A stretch of 64,000 bases of DNA from Callorhinchus milii (GCF_018977255.1 NW_024704742.1:115508001-115572000); one strand, 5' to 3'; numbered from the stretch's first letter, positions 14,662 to 28,604 are shown. A program made the numbers and translations. The notes: generated by a model from the sequence alone, not told the origin.

Positions 14662-17301
14662 GCTAATAAGGGTAAGAATGCAAGCCATCAATATCTCCTT
14701 GGAGGCAGGAGAAACTCAATCCAAACTTAGAGAGAAACAAAGGACGTAAACTAAACCACATGGCTCTTGAGAGGAAAGATTCAGGGTTAAGGATCGGATA
14801 AAAAATAATCATATAGCGTTTACTGGAGAAAAGTACTGAATTTGATTTACTTGTACCTTTGTCTCAACAACTGCTGACAGAATAATACAATCAGACCACT
14901 GGGGATTGGATAGCCACTGAAGATTAAGGAAAGTGCATCTTGTGTTGTGGTATTGAGTCGTGCATAACATTTGAAAACACAGAGGAATGAAGACTGGAAT
15001 ATTTTATGTTGAACATTTCCAGTAGAAATGAAGAAAACTGACACTCTTATGAACTCAAGACAGTGGCCTCATTATATCACATTTCTGTCTAACGCAGATT
15101 CAGTTATAACATGGTTAGACTGTAGACCCTCTTCACCTCGCATATGTGCAGCTGGCCTGCTTGCTTCCCACACATTAGCTGGCTCTTGCCCTAAAATGGT
15201 CGACTTCCCGGCGATTAGCTTGCCACCGACATCAATTTCTGTACGCTGTGTGTCTCTTCACAAAGCGTGATCCCTTTGGTCAAAGTGTAATCACTGCAAA
15301 TAACTTTTCACTGTGAATTGATAGTTCTCTCTTTTTAAAACCACATTTGAAATTTCTAATATGATGAGATTAATTCATTTCTGGCACAAATCGTGCATGC
15401 TTCAAACAGCAGCTAATTGTGAGTTTGGAGGTTTTTTCACATATCCAGCTAAATTGTCACAGTCCTGCTCACAAAAGCCCATAGCAACCTGGAGACGTCA
15501 TACTGATCAGACTGTGTGTGGGCATTAAGGTCAGACATCTCTGGAACACAATGAATAGTTGCATTGGTTCAATAGAAAAACATTTCCAAAGGCAAAATAA
15601 CTAAACTGTATAATTTTGGTTATCAGAGCATTTTAGAAGCAAAAACACTGGTGTCTTTGACATCCCTGTTTAAAACGTGGGAATCCTCAAACATTTAAAA
15701 AATGTTGCAGACCTTTGTAAGTGCAAATCATGCATGTTTGATATGGAAGGAGTCTTTTTTTTTCTTTTTTGTCTGCCATTTAGTAACTCTGACCTCCACC
15801 CAAATAAGATTTTCCTTTTTTCATCTCATTGATTGCTATGAACTAAGAAAATAGTGGAGCAGACTCGATAAGGGAAATGGAAGTCGATCATTGTAGGCAA
15901 GAATCAGTGAGGGAAAAGGTCAGCTGCTATATCTTTTTTCTTTCTTTCTTGGTCTAAATTTATTACTTCCTAGGTTGCCAAGAAAAGTAATACAATATAG
16001 TTTACTCTTTTTTTGTTCTGACATCAGTCATTCCTTTCCGGTTTGTTTTGCTTCACAAATATTCTACTGTTCTTCTGTATACCGTTGTTGAACCTTCTAA
16101 TAATAGGGAAGCCTGAAAATCCAGGGGAAATATGTTTCAATGTTACCATGAGTTTGATAATCTTCTTTAATACTCTGGCTTAGTTGATAGTTCTGTATAA
16201 ACCCTCTGGGTCAGAACGTTGTAGGTTTGAACCTTACACCAAGACTTATAGTCAATGCTGACATTCCAACAACAACAACTTGCATTTACATAGCGCCCTT
16301 TTTGCAGGATAGCATCTCGGGAGTATTAATAATAATCATAATAATCCTTGCATTTGATATAGTACCTTATCACGTTTTCGGGTCATCTTAAAGACTTCAT
16401 AGAATATACTGTAGAGTGCAATGACTGTATATTTTTGTGGGTGAAATGCGGCAGCCAATTGCACATAGCAGTGCACCAGTTGTGGATTGAGTGACAAAAT
16501 TATTATTTTTTTTTAACCCGCACCCTCCCCATCCCTTCAAATCTCCCTAAACACCTCCCGATATTTGCAAACTGAAAGCCCACAAACGGGTCGGTGGTTG
16601 GTAATACTAATGACACAAATAGGGAGTGTTGAACAATGGTGTAGCTTGACGTCAAGTTGGGGAGAAATTGGGGGTGACCGTAAACATGGTCAAAGAAAAA
16701 AGTCTTCAGTATGTAGATAGGCAAACAGAGGGCAAGGCAGAGGGATTGAGGCAGAGGTTCAGGGCATAGTAGCATTGTTGCATCAGATGAGATATTAAAT
16801 TGAGGTTTGATTGACATTAATTGCTCTATTCAAAGAGCCGGCACAAACTCAATGGGCCGAATGGCCTCTTTTTGTGCTGTACAATTCTATGATTCTATGA
16901 TTGTTTAGGTAGGTTGATTGTACTATTTCAAAGAAGATCAGGGAGTTTTGGTCAATATTCTTTTCTCATTTAAAATCTCCAATAAACAGATTAATTGATC
17001 CTTCATCTCACTGCTGTTTGCAGGATGTTATTGTCACAGATTAGTGGCTCTATTAGTCTACGTAACAATAGTCCCTGAATTTCTCAGTAACTCAATTTGC
17101 AAAGCACTTCAAGATAATCTGATAGGATAAAGTGCTATATAAATCGCAAATATCATTAATACAAGTACATCTAACATTTAACCATACAACCAAGCCTCAG
17201 TGTTGGAAAAGAAGGAAAGAGGGAATCCAGAATAGATTTGTATTAATTTCTAAAACCCAGCTTGACATCCAAAGGAAATGTTTGAAGATTTATTCACATA
17301 C

Positions 17302-17382
17302 CTAAATTCTGAGGATCTACTTTCCTCTGTTCCCATTTTTGAGTATCGAGATAGGCTGCAGACAGGAGACATCTTTTTGTTA
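17302..17382 (-). CDS. MRPS27: MRPS27 coding exon 2
   Basis: ttttccag|...|gtatgt; 81 nt; (V)TKRCLLSAAYLDTQKWEQRKVDPQNL, compare recalled human [21 protein letters not shown]. Confidence 0.93.
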
Positions 17383-18244
17383 CTGGAAAATAAATGAGTT
17401 TTTCAAAAGAATAAGTACTGCATTATGAATGTTTATTATATATTATATAAGTCTATTAATGATAAATAGGAATACAATTCTAGATTGTTTAATAAAATTT
17501 GGGATGTCCTCCCGACGTGAAAAGCGCTATATCAAATGCAAGGATTATTATTATTATTATTATTAAAATACTGTAGTGTTATTTCTGATGCAAAATAGAG
17601 AGGTATGACTTTTAGTACATGTGTCAAGACACCCAGCTGACCCCAAAAAAGTTAATACATGTGACTTTTCTTCACATCTTGAAACAAATAGCTGACAGAT
17701 CTATTTAACTTACATGCACATCATTTATCAGTACCGAAAGATGCACTGCTATGATGTCACTGTGGGCTCACTCTCAACAAGCTCTTGAAATCTCATGCAC
17801 TAGGTTGCATGAGTAACTACGAGCAACATTTATGTTGTATTCTGAATAAACTGTAGTATCTAAACTACTGATCCACATGGTCTCTCAGACAGGTCTTCTG
17901 GAAATTGTGAGAGGTGACTAAGGAGACATTTATTGGAATCTCGTTTTTCCAATGACAAAATGGCCAGCAGAGGTCTGCTATCTCCCAGAATAACAGTGAT
18001 CTGACAATGTTGCTCGGCACTATTTAATTTGGCTAGGCATAGTTGACATCTGAGTAGTTTGGCTTTCAAATTAAAATGCTCACAATTTGTATAACGTGCT
18101 AGTAGGGCATCATAGGCCCTACAGATCAGAAGATTCCAGGTTCAAAGCCCAGTTAGCTGATCTTAGTCACTCCGGCAGTTGGGACTACTCCAGAGGCCAA
18201 TGCTAAAGTGTCCTGTGATATCTTCCGCAGCTGAATAACCTACT

Positions 18245-19741
18245 AACTCCTATTATCGGCCCATTTCCAACCTCCCCTTTCTCTCCAAGGTCCTGGAAAG
18301 AGTTGTCGCCTCCCAACTGCGCTCTTTCCTTTCCACCCATTCTCTTTTCGAACCCCTTCAGTCAGGTTTCCGTGCTGCCCATAGCACAGAAACTGCCCTG
18401 GTCAAGGTCACCAATGATATCCTGACCATCTGTGACCAGGGCTCCCTCTGCCTCCTCGTCCTCCTCGACCTATCGGCAGCATTCGATACGGTCGACCACG
18501 CTATCCTACTCCACCGCTTGTCCTCCCACCTCAACCTTCAAGGCACTGTCCTTGAATGGTTTAGGTCGTACCTTTCTCACCGTCTTCACTTTCTCTCAAC
18601 GAATGGCTTCTCCTCCACCCCCCGCACTGTCTCATGTGGTGTCCCTCAGGGCTCTGTCCTCGGTCCCCTCCTCTTCACCCTCTATATGCTCCCCCTTGGT
18701 GACATCATCCGCAGACATGGAGTTAACTTCCACATGTATGCGGATGACACCCAACTCTACCTTTCCTCCTCTACTCTCAACTCCACGACCACCGATGTCC
18801 TGACAGCTGCCTGTCCGACATCGAGTCCTGGACGAGAGACAACTTTCTTCAGCTCAACGTGCGAAAAACCGAGGCCCTCCTGATTGGCTCACGTCAGCGC
18901 CTCCGCACCTCAGGCGCTGACACCATCAGCATCCAAGGCTGCACTCTCCACCTCTCAAAGCCAGTCAGGAACCTCGGCGTTTTGTTCGACCCTGAGCTGT
19001 CCTTTCTCCCTCACATCCGCACCACAACTGGCACCGCCTTCCATCACCTCCGGAACATCGCCAGACTACGGCACTACCTCACCCCTCACGCTGCTGAAAC
19101 CCTGGTTCACGCCTTTGTCACCTCAAGGCTGGACTATGGGAACTCTCTCCTCGCCGGCCTTCCCGCACCTCCCTCCACAAGCTGCAGGTCATTCAGAACT
19201 CTGCAGCTCGTGTACTGTCCCGCACCAGGCTTCGGGACCACATCACTCCCACCCTCGCTCGCCTCCACTGGCTCCCCATCCCCCAGAGGATTGAATTCAA
19301 GATCCTCATCCTCACCTACAAGGCCATTCACGGCCTTGCTCCCTCCTACCTCTCTAACCTACTATCCCCCTACCTACCTGCCCGTACCCTCCGTTCCTCT
19401 GGCTCCGGTCTGCTCCACATCCCCCGCCCCAACCGCCCTACCATCGGTGGTCGGGCCTTCAGCCTCTCAGCCCCGAGGCTCTGGAACTCTATCCCCCAGT
19501 GCCTTCGCCGCCTCCTCCCTTTCCTCCTTCAAGGCCGGTCTCAAAACCTTTCTCTTTGACCGTGCCTTCAGCTCCCCTCTCGACTCTCTACCCCCTCCTC
19601 GCTCCCTCCCTCCCTTCCCCTCACCCTGACCATTTCCCCCCCTGCTCGGGTCATGACCCAACTGTGCAGCGCCTTGGGACGTCCTCCCGACGTGAAAGGC
19701 GCTCTATAAATGGAATCTTGTTGTTGTTGTCTTGTTGTTGT
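18245..19741 (+). mobile_element. L2 LINE, 5'-truncated, relatively young
   Basis: [15 protein letters not shown] through YADDTQLY and FVTSRLDY with few frameshifts; (GTT)n tail. Confidence 0.95.
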
Positions 19742-20676
19742 CAAGCAGTGTGAATAATGGCCACTTGGAGGGATACCAGAGTGTCCAGTAGCAAAGGACC
19801 ATACCCAGGTAGAAGGAACAAGCAGTCAAACATATTTGAAAGAGGAAGCAAAACTAAAGAAAAGAAACATAGGCTGAGATACCAACACTTTTCCCTTCTC
19901 AGTCTGGGATGTTGCTGCACAGGACTGTCTGAGAAACCTCTGGGTCGATTATCCAATTCTTTAATATTTTGGGCCCAATGTTTTCAAAGCTGAATTTAAA
20001 ATGTGTCCACAATATAACATACATGTTAGTTACTACCGGTTTTAGTTACCCATGCAATCAATTGCATGATATTTCAAAGTTTGTTGAGAGAGTGTCTGCT
20101 ATGCCATCACAGCAGGACAGTGATCTATACTGAAATACTGTAATTGAAGGCGTGAAAATGAAATGCATCTGTCAGGCTTTTGTTTCCTGATGCAAAACAA
20201 CAACAACTTGCATTCATACAATAATAATCTTTGCATTTGATATTCCACCTTATCATGTCTTCGAGACATCTCAAAGCGCTTCACAAGATATACTGTAAGG
20301 TGCAGTGACTGTGTTTTGTGGGCGAAATGCGGCAGCCAACTGTGCACAGGAGTGTCCCACAAACAGTCGTGGATTGAGTGACCAAATTATTATTCGTACT
20401 ATATTTTTTTGGAGGGATTATTACCCCCGGAAAGCGATCCGCCAATCAACTAAAAAACGGGTTCCTACTTACTGCTAACAGGGGTGTGGGGGGGGATATA
20501 CAATATACATAATATGACACCCCTTACTCAGGGTAGGGTCCTAGAGCAGAAAAGGTGGAAACAAACATATGTACTAAATGAAAGCCATACTGCGCTTTCT
20601 AACATGAAATAATACAGCCAGCTGAAAGCTACAGCATTTAGCAAATCTATTACCATATCTAGTTCCAAGAATTTCA

Positions 20677-22620
20677 GTGTGTGGGTGTGTGTGTGTGGGG
20701 GTGTGTGTGTGTGGGGGTGTGTGTGTGGTGTGTGTGTGTGTGTGGGGGTGTGTGTGTGTGGGGGGGTGTGTGTGTGGGGGGGTGTGTGTGTGTGGGGGTG
20801 TGTGTGTGTGTGTGGGGGTGTGTGTGTGTGGGGGGTGTGTGTGTGTGTGTGGTGTGTGTGTGTGTGTGTGTGGGGTGTGTGTGTGGTGGGTGTGTGTGTG
20901 TGTGGGTGTGTGTGTGTGTGGGTGTGGGTGTGTGTGGGTGTGTGTGTGGGTGTGTGGGTGTGTGTGGGTGTGTGTGTGTGTGGGTGTGTGTGTGGGTGGG
21001 TGTGTGTGTGGGTGGGTGTGTGTGTGGGTGGGTGTGTGTGTGTGTGGGGTGTGTGTGTGTGTGGGGGGGGTGTGTGTGTGTGTGGGTGTGTGGTGTGTGG
21101 GGTGTGTGGGTGTGTGTGTGGGTGTGTGGGTGTGTGGGTGTGTGTGGGTGTGTGGGGGGTGTGTGTGTGTGGGTGTGTGTGTGTGTGGGGTGTGTGTGTG
21201 TGTGGGGGTGTGTGTGTGTGTGTGGGTGTGTGTGTGTGTGTGGGGTGTGTGTGTGTGTGGGTGGGTGTGTGTGTGTGTGGGTGTGTGTGTGTGGGGGGTG
21301 TGTGTGTGTGTGGGTGTGTGTGTGTGTGGGGGTGTGTGGGTGTGTGTGTGTGTGGGTGTGTGTGTGTGTGGGTGTGTGGGTGTGTGGGGTGTGTGTGTGG
21401 GGTGTGTGTGGGTGGGTGTGTGTGTGTGTGGGTGTGTGTGGGTGTGGGTGTGTGTGTGTGTGGGTGGGGTGTGTGTGTGTGTGGGTGTGTGTGTGTGGGG
21501 TGGTGTGTGTGTGTGGTGGTGTGGGTGTGTGTGTGGGTGTGTGTGGGTGTGTGTGTGTGTGGGTGTGGGGTGTGTGTGTGTGTGTGGGTGGGTGTGTGTG
21601 TGTGTGGGGTGTGTGTGTGTACCTGACGGGGGGCTGTGGGGTGTGTGTGTGTGGGGGTGTGTGTGACTGTACGGGGGTGTGTGTGACTGTACGGGGGTGT
21701 GTGTGACTGTACCTGACGGGAGGCCGCGGGGTGTGTGGGTGTGTGAGGGTGTGTGTGTGTGTGGGTGTGAGAGGGTGTGTACCTGACGGGTGTGGGTGTG
21801 TGTGTACCTGACGGGGGGCCGCGGGTGTGGGTGTGTGTGTACCTGACGGGGGCCGCGGGGTGTGGGTGTGTGTGTACCTGACGGGGGGCCGCGGGGTGTG
21901 TGTGGGGGGGGGGGGGGCTGTGGGGTGTGTGTGTGGGGGGGGGGGGGGGCTGTGGGGTGTGTGTGTGTGGGTGTGACTGTACCTGACGGGAGGCCGCGGG
22001 GTGTGGGTGTGTGTACCTGACGGGGGGCGCGGGGTGTGGGTGTGTGTGTACCTGACGGGGGGCCGCGGGGTGTGGGTGTGTGTGTACCTGACGGGAGGCC
22101 GCGGGGTGTGTGTGTGGGGGGGGGGGGGGGGGGGGGGGGGGGGCTGTGGGGTGTGTGTGTGGGGGGGGGGGGGGGCTGTGGGGTGTGTGTGTGTGGGTGT
22201 GACTGTACCTGACGGGAGGCCGCGGGGTGTGGGGTGTGTGTGAGTGGGGTGTGTGAGGGTGTGAGTGTGGGGGGGGCTGTGGTGTGTGTGTGTGTACCTG
22301 ACGGGAGGCCGCGGGGTGTGTGTGTGAGGGTGTGTGGTGTGTGTGGGTGTGTGTGTGATGGGTGTGTGTGTGTGTGTACCTGACGGGAGGCCGCGGGGTG
22401 TGTGTGTGTGGGTGTGTGTGTGTGGGGGGGTGTGTGTGAGGGTGTGTGTGGGTGTGTGTGTGTACCTGACGGGAGGCCGCGGTGTGTGTGTGTGTGTGGG
22501 GGGGGTGTGTGTGAGGGTGTGTGTGTGTGTGTGTACCTGACGGGAGGCCGCGGGGTGTGTGTGTGTGTGTGGGTGTGTGTACCTGACGGGAGGCCGCGGG
22601 GTGTGGGTGTGTGTGTGTGT
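20677..22620. repeat. Degenerate (GT)n/G-run simple repeat; right half is a minisatellite carrying GTACCTGACGGGAGGCCGCGGGG
   Basis: Almost pure G/T from 20677 to 21620, then 16 extra copies of the ACCTGACGGG core separated by GT tracts and poly-G runs. Confidence 0.97.
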
Positions 22621-22624
22621 GTAC

Positions 22625-22685
22625 CTGACGGGAGGCCGCGGGTTGGGGTCAGCACGAGCCTCAGCCTCAGACAGAGGGCCGCCAT
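22625..22685 (-). CDS. MRPS27: MRPS27 coding exon 1 (mitochondrial targeting peptide)
   Basis: ATG at 22685 in CCAACATGGCGGC context; MAALCLRLRLVLTPTRGLPS+1 nt, then CAG|GTAC donor; 61 nt, phase 1, joins exon 2 in frame. Confidence 0.85.
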
Positions 22686-22884
22686 GTTGGACACCACCAA
22701 CACCCGGGACAGAGGGGGGGTACCAGGGCCTCACTAACAGCGCTCCATTTAAACCACGACTTCTCATCGGGAAATCGTTTATCATTTTACACCTTTTTTC
22801 TGTTTTTTCTTTAAAAAAGAAGCGCTGTTCCCGAGTGCCCCATCATCCGGGTATGTGTGACACCTCTCCCCCCTCTCTCTCGTA
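22686..22884. promoter_or_regulatory. Bidirectional promoter/5'UTRs shared by MRPS27 and PTCD2
   Basis: 199 bp between divergent ATGs (22685 minus, 22885 plus); locally CpG-rich; YY1-like CAACATGGCGGC over the MRPS27 start and GAATGGCGGC at the second PTCD2 ATG; ETS-like ACCCGGATG on the minus strand near 22843-22851. Confidence 0.8.
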
Positions 22885-22981
22885 ATGGTACTGTCCGGGG
22901 ACAGAATGGCGGCAATTGTGACGCGCGGCGGCGGCGTTCTTTTTCAGAACCTCAGGAGCGGCGCGTTCCACAGACACAGCC
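22885..22981 (+). CDS. PTCD2: PTCD2 coding exon 1 (alternative start ATG at 22906)
   Basis: MVLSGDRMAAIVTRGGGVLFQNLRSGAFHRHS+1 nt, donor C|GTGAGT; resembles recalled human MVRDSMAAAF; 97 nt, phase 1 matches exon 2. Confidence 0.8.
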
Positions 22982-22993
22982 GTGAGTCCATCA

Positions 22994-25900
22994 GCACCAA
23001 CACCACAGCCCCACACACAGCCCCACACACCCCCACACACACCACACACAGCCCCACACACACACAGCCCCACACACACACAGCCCCACACACACACAGC
23101 ACCACACACACACACACCACAGCCCCACACACCAACACACCAACACCACAGCCCCACACACCCACAGCACCACACACCCACAGCCCCACAGCACCACACA
23201 CACACAGCCCCACACACACCACACACAGCCCCACACACACACAGCCCACACACACACAGCCCCACACACACACAGCCCCACACACCCACACACCCACAGC
23301 ACCACACACACACAGCCCCACACACACACACAGCCCCACACACCACACACACACACACACACACAGCCCCACACACACACACCACACACACACACACACA
23401 CAGCCCCACACACCAACACCACACACCAACACCACAGCCCCACACACACACACACCAACACCACAGCCCCACACACACCCACAACACCACACACCCACAG
23501 CACCACACACCAACACCACACACCAACACCACAGCCCCACACACCCACAACACCACAGCACCACACACCCACAGCCCCACACACCCACAGCCCCACACAC
23601 CCACAGCCCCACACACCAACACCACACACCCACACACACAGCCCCACAGCCCCACACCCACACAGCACCACAGCCCCACACACACACCCACAGCCCCACA
23701 CACACACACCACAGCCCCACACACCAACACCACACACCAACACCACAGCCCCACACACCAACACCACACACCAACACCACAGCCCCACACACCAACACCA
23801 CAGCCCCACACACCAACACCACACACCAACACCACAGCCCCACACACCCACAGCACCACACACCAACACCACAGCCCCACACACCCACAGCACCACACAC
23901 CAACACCACAGCCCCACACACACACACCAACACCACAGCCCCACACACCAACACCACACACCCACACACACACCCCCACAGCCCCACACACACACCCACA
24001 GCCCCACACACCCCCCACAGCCCCACACACCCCCCACAGCCCCACACACACAGCACCACAGCCCCACACACCCCCCACAGCCCCACACACAGCACCACAG
24101 CCCCACACACACACCCACAGCCCCACAGCCCCACACACAGCACCACAGCCCCACACACAGCACCACAGCCCCACACACACACACCACAGCCCCACACACA
24201 CACCCACAGCCCCACAGCCCCACACACAGCACCACAGCCCCACACACAACACCACAGCCCCACACCACACACACCAACACCACAGCACCACACACACAGC
24301 CCCACAGCCCCACAGCCCCCACACACCCCCCACACAGCCCCCACACAGCACCACAGCCCCCACACAGCCCCACACAGCCCCACACACCCCCCACACAGCC
24401 CCACACACCCCCCACACAGCCCCACACACCCCCCACACAGCCCCACACACCCCCCACACAGCCCCACACACCCCCACACAGCACCACAGCCCCACACCCC
24501 ACAGCCCCACACACCCCACACACACAGCACCACACACCCCCACACAGCACCACAGCCCCCACACACCCCCACAGCCCCACACAGCACCACAGCCCCACAC
24601 ACCCCCACACAGCACCACAGCCCCCACACACCCCCACAGCCCCACACAGCACCACAGCCCCACACACCCCCCACACAGCTCCCACAGCCCCACACAGCAC
24701 CACAGCCCCACACAGCACCACAGCCCCACACAGCACCACGGCACCACACCCCCCACACACCCAGCACCACACCCCCCACACACCCCCCACACACCCACAC
24801 ACACCCCACAGCCCCCACACACCCCCCACACAGCACCACAGCCCCACACACCACAGCCTCACACACCACAGCCCCACACACACAGCACCACACACCCCCC
24901 ACACAGCACCACAGCCCCCACACACACCCCACAGCCCCACACAGCACCACAGCCCCACACCCCCCCCACACAGCACCACAGCCCCCACACACCCCCCACA
25001 GCCCCACACAGCACCACAGCCCCACACACCCCCCACACAGCACCACAGCCCCCACACACCCCCCACAGCCCCCACACACCCCCCACAGCCCCACACAGCA
25101 CCACAGCCCCACACACCCCCCACACAGCACCACAGCCCCCACACACCCCCCACAGCCCCCACACACCCCCACAGCCCCACACAGCACCACAGCCCCACAC
25201 ACCCCCCACACAGCACCACAGCCCCCCACACAGCACCACACCCCCCCACACACAGCACCACACCCCACACACACCCCACACAGCACCACACCCCCCCCAC
25301 ACACAGCACCACACCCCCCCCCCACACACAGCACCACACCCCCCACACACCCCCCACACACACCCCCCACAGCACCACACACTCCACACAGCACCACAGC
25401 CCCCACACAGCACGACAGCCCCCACACACACAGCACCACACCCCACACACACCCCACAGCCCCACACAGCACCACAGCCCCCACACACCCCACACACCCC
25501 CACAGCCCCACACCCCACACACACAGCACCCACACCCCCCACACACACAGCACCACACCCCCCCCCCACACAGCACCACACCCCCCACACACACAGCACC
25601 ACAGCCCCACACACCCCACAGCCCTCACACAGCACCACAGCCCCCACACAACCCCCACAGCTCCACACCCCCCACACATCCCCACAGCCCACACCCCCAC
25701 ACATCCCCCACACCCCCCACAGCCCCACCCCCCACAGCCCCACACACACCCCACACCGCCCCACAGCCCCACACCCCCACACATCCCCCACACACCCCAC
25801 AGCCCCACACCCCACACAGCACCACAGCCCCACACCGCCCCACAGCCCCACACCCTCCACAGCCCCACACACCCCACACCCCCCCCACAGCCCCACCCCC

Positions 25901-26455
25901 CCACAGCCCCACCCCCCCACAGCCCACACCCCCCACAGCCCACCCCCCCCACAGCCCCACCCCCACAGCCCCAAACACACCCCACACACCCCCACAGCCC
26001 CACCCCCCCCACAGCCCCACCCCCCCACAGCCCCACACCCCCCACAGCCCCACACACCCACAGCCCCACCCCCCCCACAGCCACACCCCCCCCACAGCCC
26101 CACACCCCCACAGCCCCACACCCCCACAGCCCCACACACCCCACAGCCCCACACACACCCCACACCCCCCCACAGCCACACCCCCCACAGCCCCACACCC
26201 CCACAGCCCCACACCCCCCACAGCCCCACACCCCCCACAGCCCCACACCCCCCACAGCCCCACAGCCCCCACAGCCCCGCACACACCCCCCACAGCCCCA
26301 CACACCCCCACAGCCCTCACACAGCCCCCCACAGCCCTCACACAGCCCCACACACCCCCACACACCCCCACAGCCCCCACACAGCACCACACCCCCCCAC
26401 AGCCCCCACAGCCCCACACACACCCCCCACACCTGCCACAGGACCCCCCACAGCA
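22994..26455. repeat. CA/C-rich minisatellite-like block (CACAGCCCCACACAC, CAGCACCAC, CCAACACCAC units)
   Basis: About 3.5 kb almost devoid of T, in PTCD2 intron 1. Confidence 0.97.
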
Positions 26456-26830
26456 CCCACTCTCACCCTGTACCACCTACTGTAACCCTGTACCACCCAC
26501 TATCACGCTGCACAGCACCCACCCTCACGCTGCACAGCACCCACCCTCACGCTGCACAGCACCCACCCTCACGCTGCACAGCACCCACCCTCACCCTGCA
26601 CAGCACCCACCCTCACCCTGTACCACCCACCGTCACCCTGCACACCACCTACCGTCACCCTGTACCAGCCACTGTCACCCTGTACCACCCACTATCACCC
26701 AGCACAGCACCCACCGTCACCCTGCACAGCACCCACCCTCACCCTGCACACCACCCACCGTCACCCTGTACCACCCACTGTCACCCTGTACCACCCACTA
26801 TCACCCAGAACAGCACCCACTATCACCGTG
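26456..26830. repeat. 20-22 bp minisatellite (CACCCTGTACCACCCACTGT / CACGCTGCACAGCACCCACCCT)
   Basis: Tandem variant units visible directly at the end of the CA block. Confidence 0.85.
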
Positions 26831-26849
26831 TAATATTAACTCAACTATC

Positions 26850-28598
26850 CTTTCGTGCCCCAGATCCGTGCCTTGACCCGCTCTGCCTTCCCCCACATCA
26901 TCGCCCGGCTCCGCCACTGTCTCACATCGCAGGCCCCCAAAACCCTCATACATGCATTCATTACATCGAGGTTTGACTGCAAACTCCCTACTTGTCGGCT
27001 GCCCCAACTCCTCTCTCCATAGGCTCCAGATGATCCAGAACTCAGCAGCCCATTTCCCGCACTAGGCTCCATGACTGGATCACCCCCATCCTTGCCCGAC
27101 TCCACTGGCTTCCCATCACACAGAGGATACAATGCAAGATCCTGGTCCTCACCTTCAAAGCCCTCCATGGTGTTGCTCCCCCCAACCTCTGCGACCTCCT
27201 AACCCCCTACCGTCCTGCCCACTCCCTCCACTCAACGGGCTCCAGCCTGCTTCACGTCCCCCACCTCGTCCACCCCACCATTGGCGGGTGGGCCTTCTTC
27301 CACTTTCACAGTGGCCACTCTCACTGTCCTACAGCACGGAAACAGCTCTGGGCAAAGTCACTAATGACTTTCTGAACATCTGTGGTCAGGGCTCCCTCTG
27401 CCTCCTCGTCCTCCTCGACCTCTCTGCCGCCTTCGACACTGTCGACCACTCCATCCTCACACACCGCCTCTCCTCTTTACTCAATCTTCGCGGACCTGCC
27501 CTTGCCTTGTTCGATTCCTATCCCTCTCACTGTCTCCACGTTTTTGCCTCTAACGGTTTCTCCTCCAGCCCCCACACTGTCACGTCTGGCGTCCCCCAGG
27601 GCTCTGTCCTTGGCCCTCTCCTCTGTAATATCTACATGCTCCCCCTTGGTGACATCATCCGCAGACATGGGGTCAACTTCCACATGTATGCGGATGACAC
27701 CCAACTCTATCTTTCTGCCTCCACCCACAACTCCAGGACCACTGCTGTCCTGACAGACTGCCTGTCGGACACCAAGTCCTGGATGAGGACAAATTTCCTA
27801 CAGTTGAATGTAAACAAGACTGAGGTCCTCCCGATTGGCTCGCGCCAGCGCCTTAGCACCTCAGGCTCTGGCAACATCAACCTCCATGGTTGCACACTAC
27901 ATCTCACCAAGCCAGACAGGAACCTCGGTGTCTTGTTTGACCCTCAACTGTCTTTTCTGTCCCACATTCAAGCCATGACCCTTCCCTCACCTCCATAACA
28001 TCACCCGACTCCACCGCTACCTCACCCCTCAGGCCGCTGAAACTCTTGTTCATACCTTCATCACCTCCAGGCTCGACTATGCAAACGCCCTACTTGTCGG
28101 CCTTCCCAACTCCTCCCTCCACAGGCTGCAGATAATCCAGAACTCTGCAGCCCATGTCCTCTCCCGCACCAAACTCTGTGACCCCATCTCCCCCACTCTC
28201 GCCCGACTCCATTGGCTCCCTATCCTTCCGAGGATCCAGTTCAAGATCCTGGTCCTCACACACAGATCCCTACCTAGGCGACCTCCTAATCTCCTACTAA
28301 CCCGCTCGTTCCCTCCGCTCAGCCGGCTCTGGCCTGCTCCATGTCCCCCGGCCCACCATTGGCGGGAGAGCCTTCAGCCATTCTGCCCCCAACCTCTGGA
28401 ATTCCATCCCCCAGTCACTCCACCTCCTTCAAGTCCCGCCTCAAAACCCTCCTCTTTGACCATGCCATCAGCCACCTCCCTTCCCTTCCCCTCTCCCCCC
28501 TGACCCCAGCTCAGGTCTGAAATGCTGTACACTGTCCAACGCCTTGGGACGTCCTTCCTACATGAAAGGCGCAATACAAATGTAATCTTCTTGTTGTA
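26850..28598 (+). mobile_element. Two adjacent L2 fragments (about 26850-27310 and 27320-28598)
   Basis: RT motifs in the 27132-27998 ORF; the RLD-region sequence occurs twice; L2 tail near 28590. Confidence 0.9.
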
Positions 28599-28604
28599 GA
28601 AAAG

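Noticed and set aside
18518..19629. Functional reverse transcriptase gene in L2 ORFs (also 27132-27998, 60898-61569)
   Set aside because: All copies are 5'-truncated and frameshifted, with no endonuclease domain or ORF1.
21619..22642. CRISPR-like repeat-spacer appearance
   Set aside because: Eukaryotic intron, spacers are GT microsatellite rather than unique sequence, no cas genes, and the repeat is a copy of the exon-1 donor.
20574..26976. Very long ORFs (up to 1363 aa) rich in H/T/P or C/V/G/W
   Set aside because: Artefacts of stop-free simple repeats, open in most frames on both strands; only the first few dozen codons are real exons.
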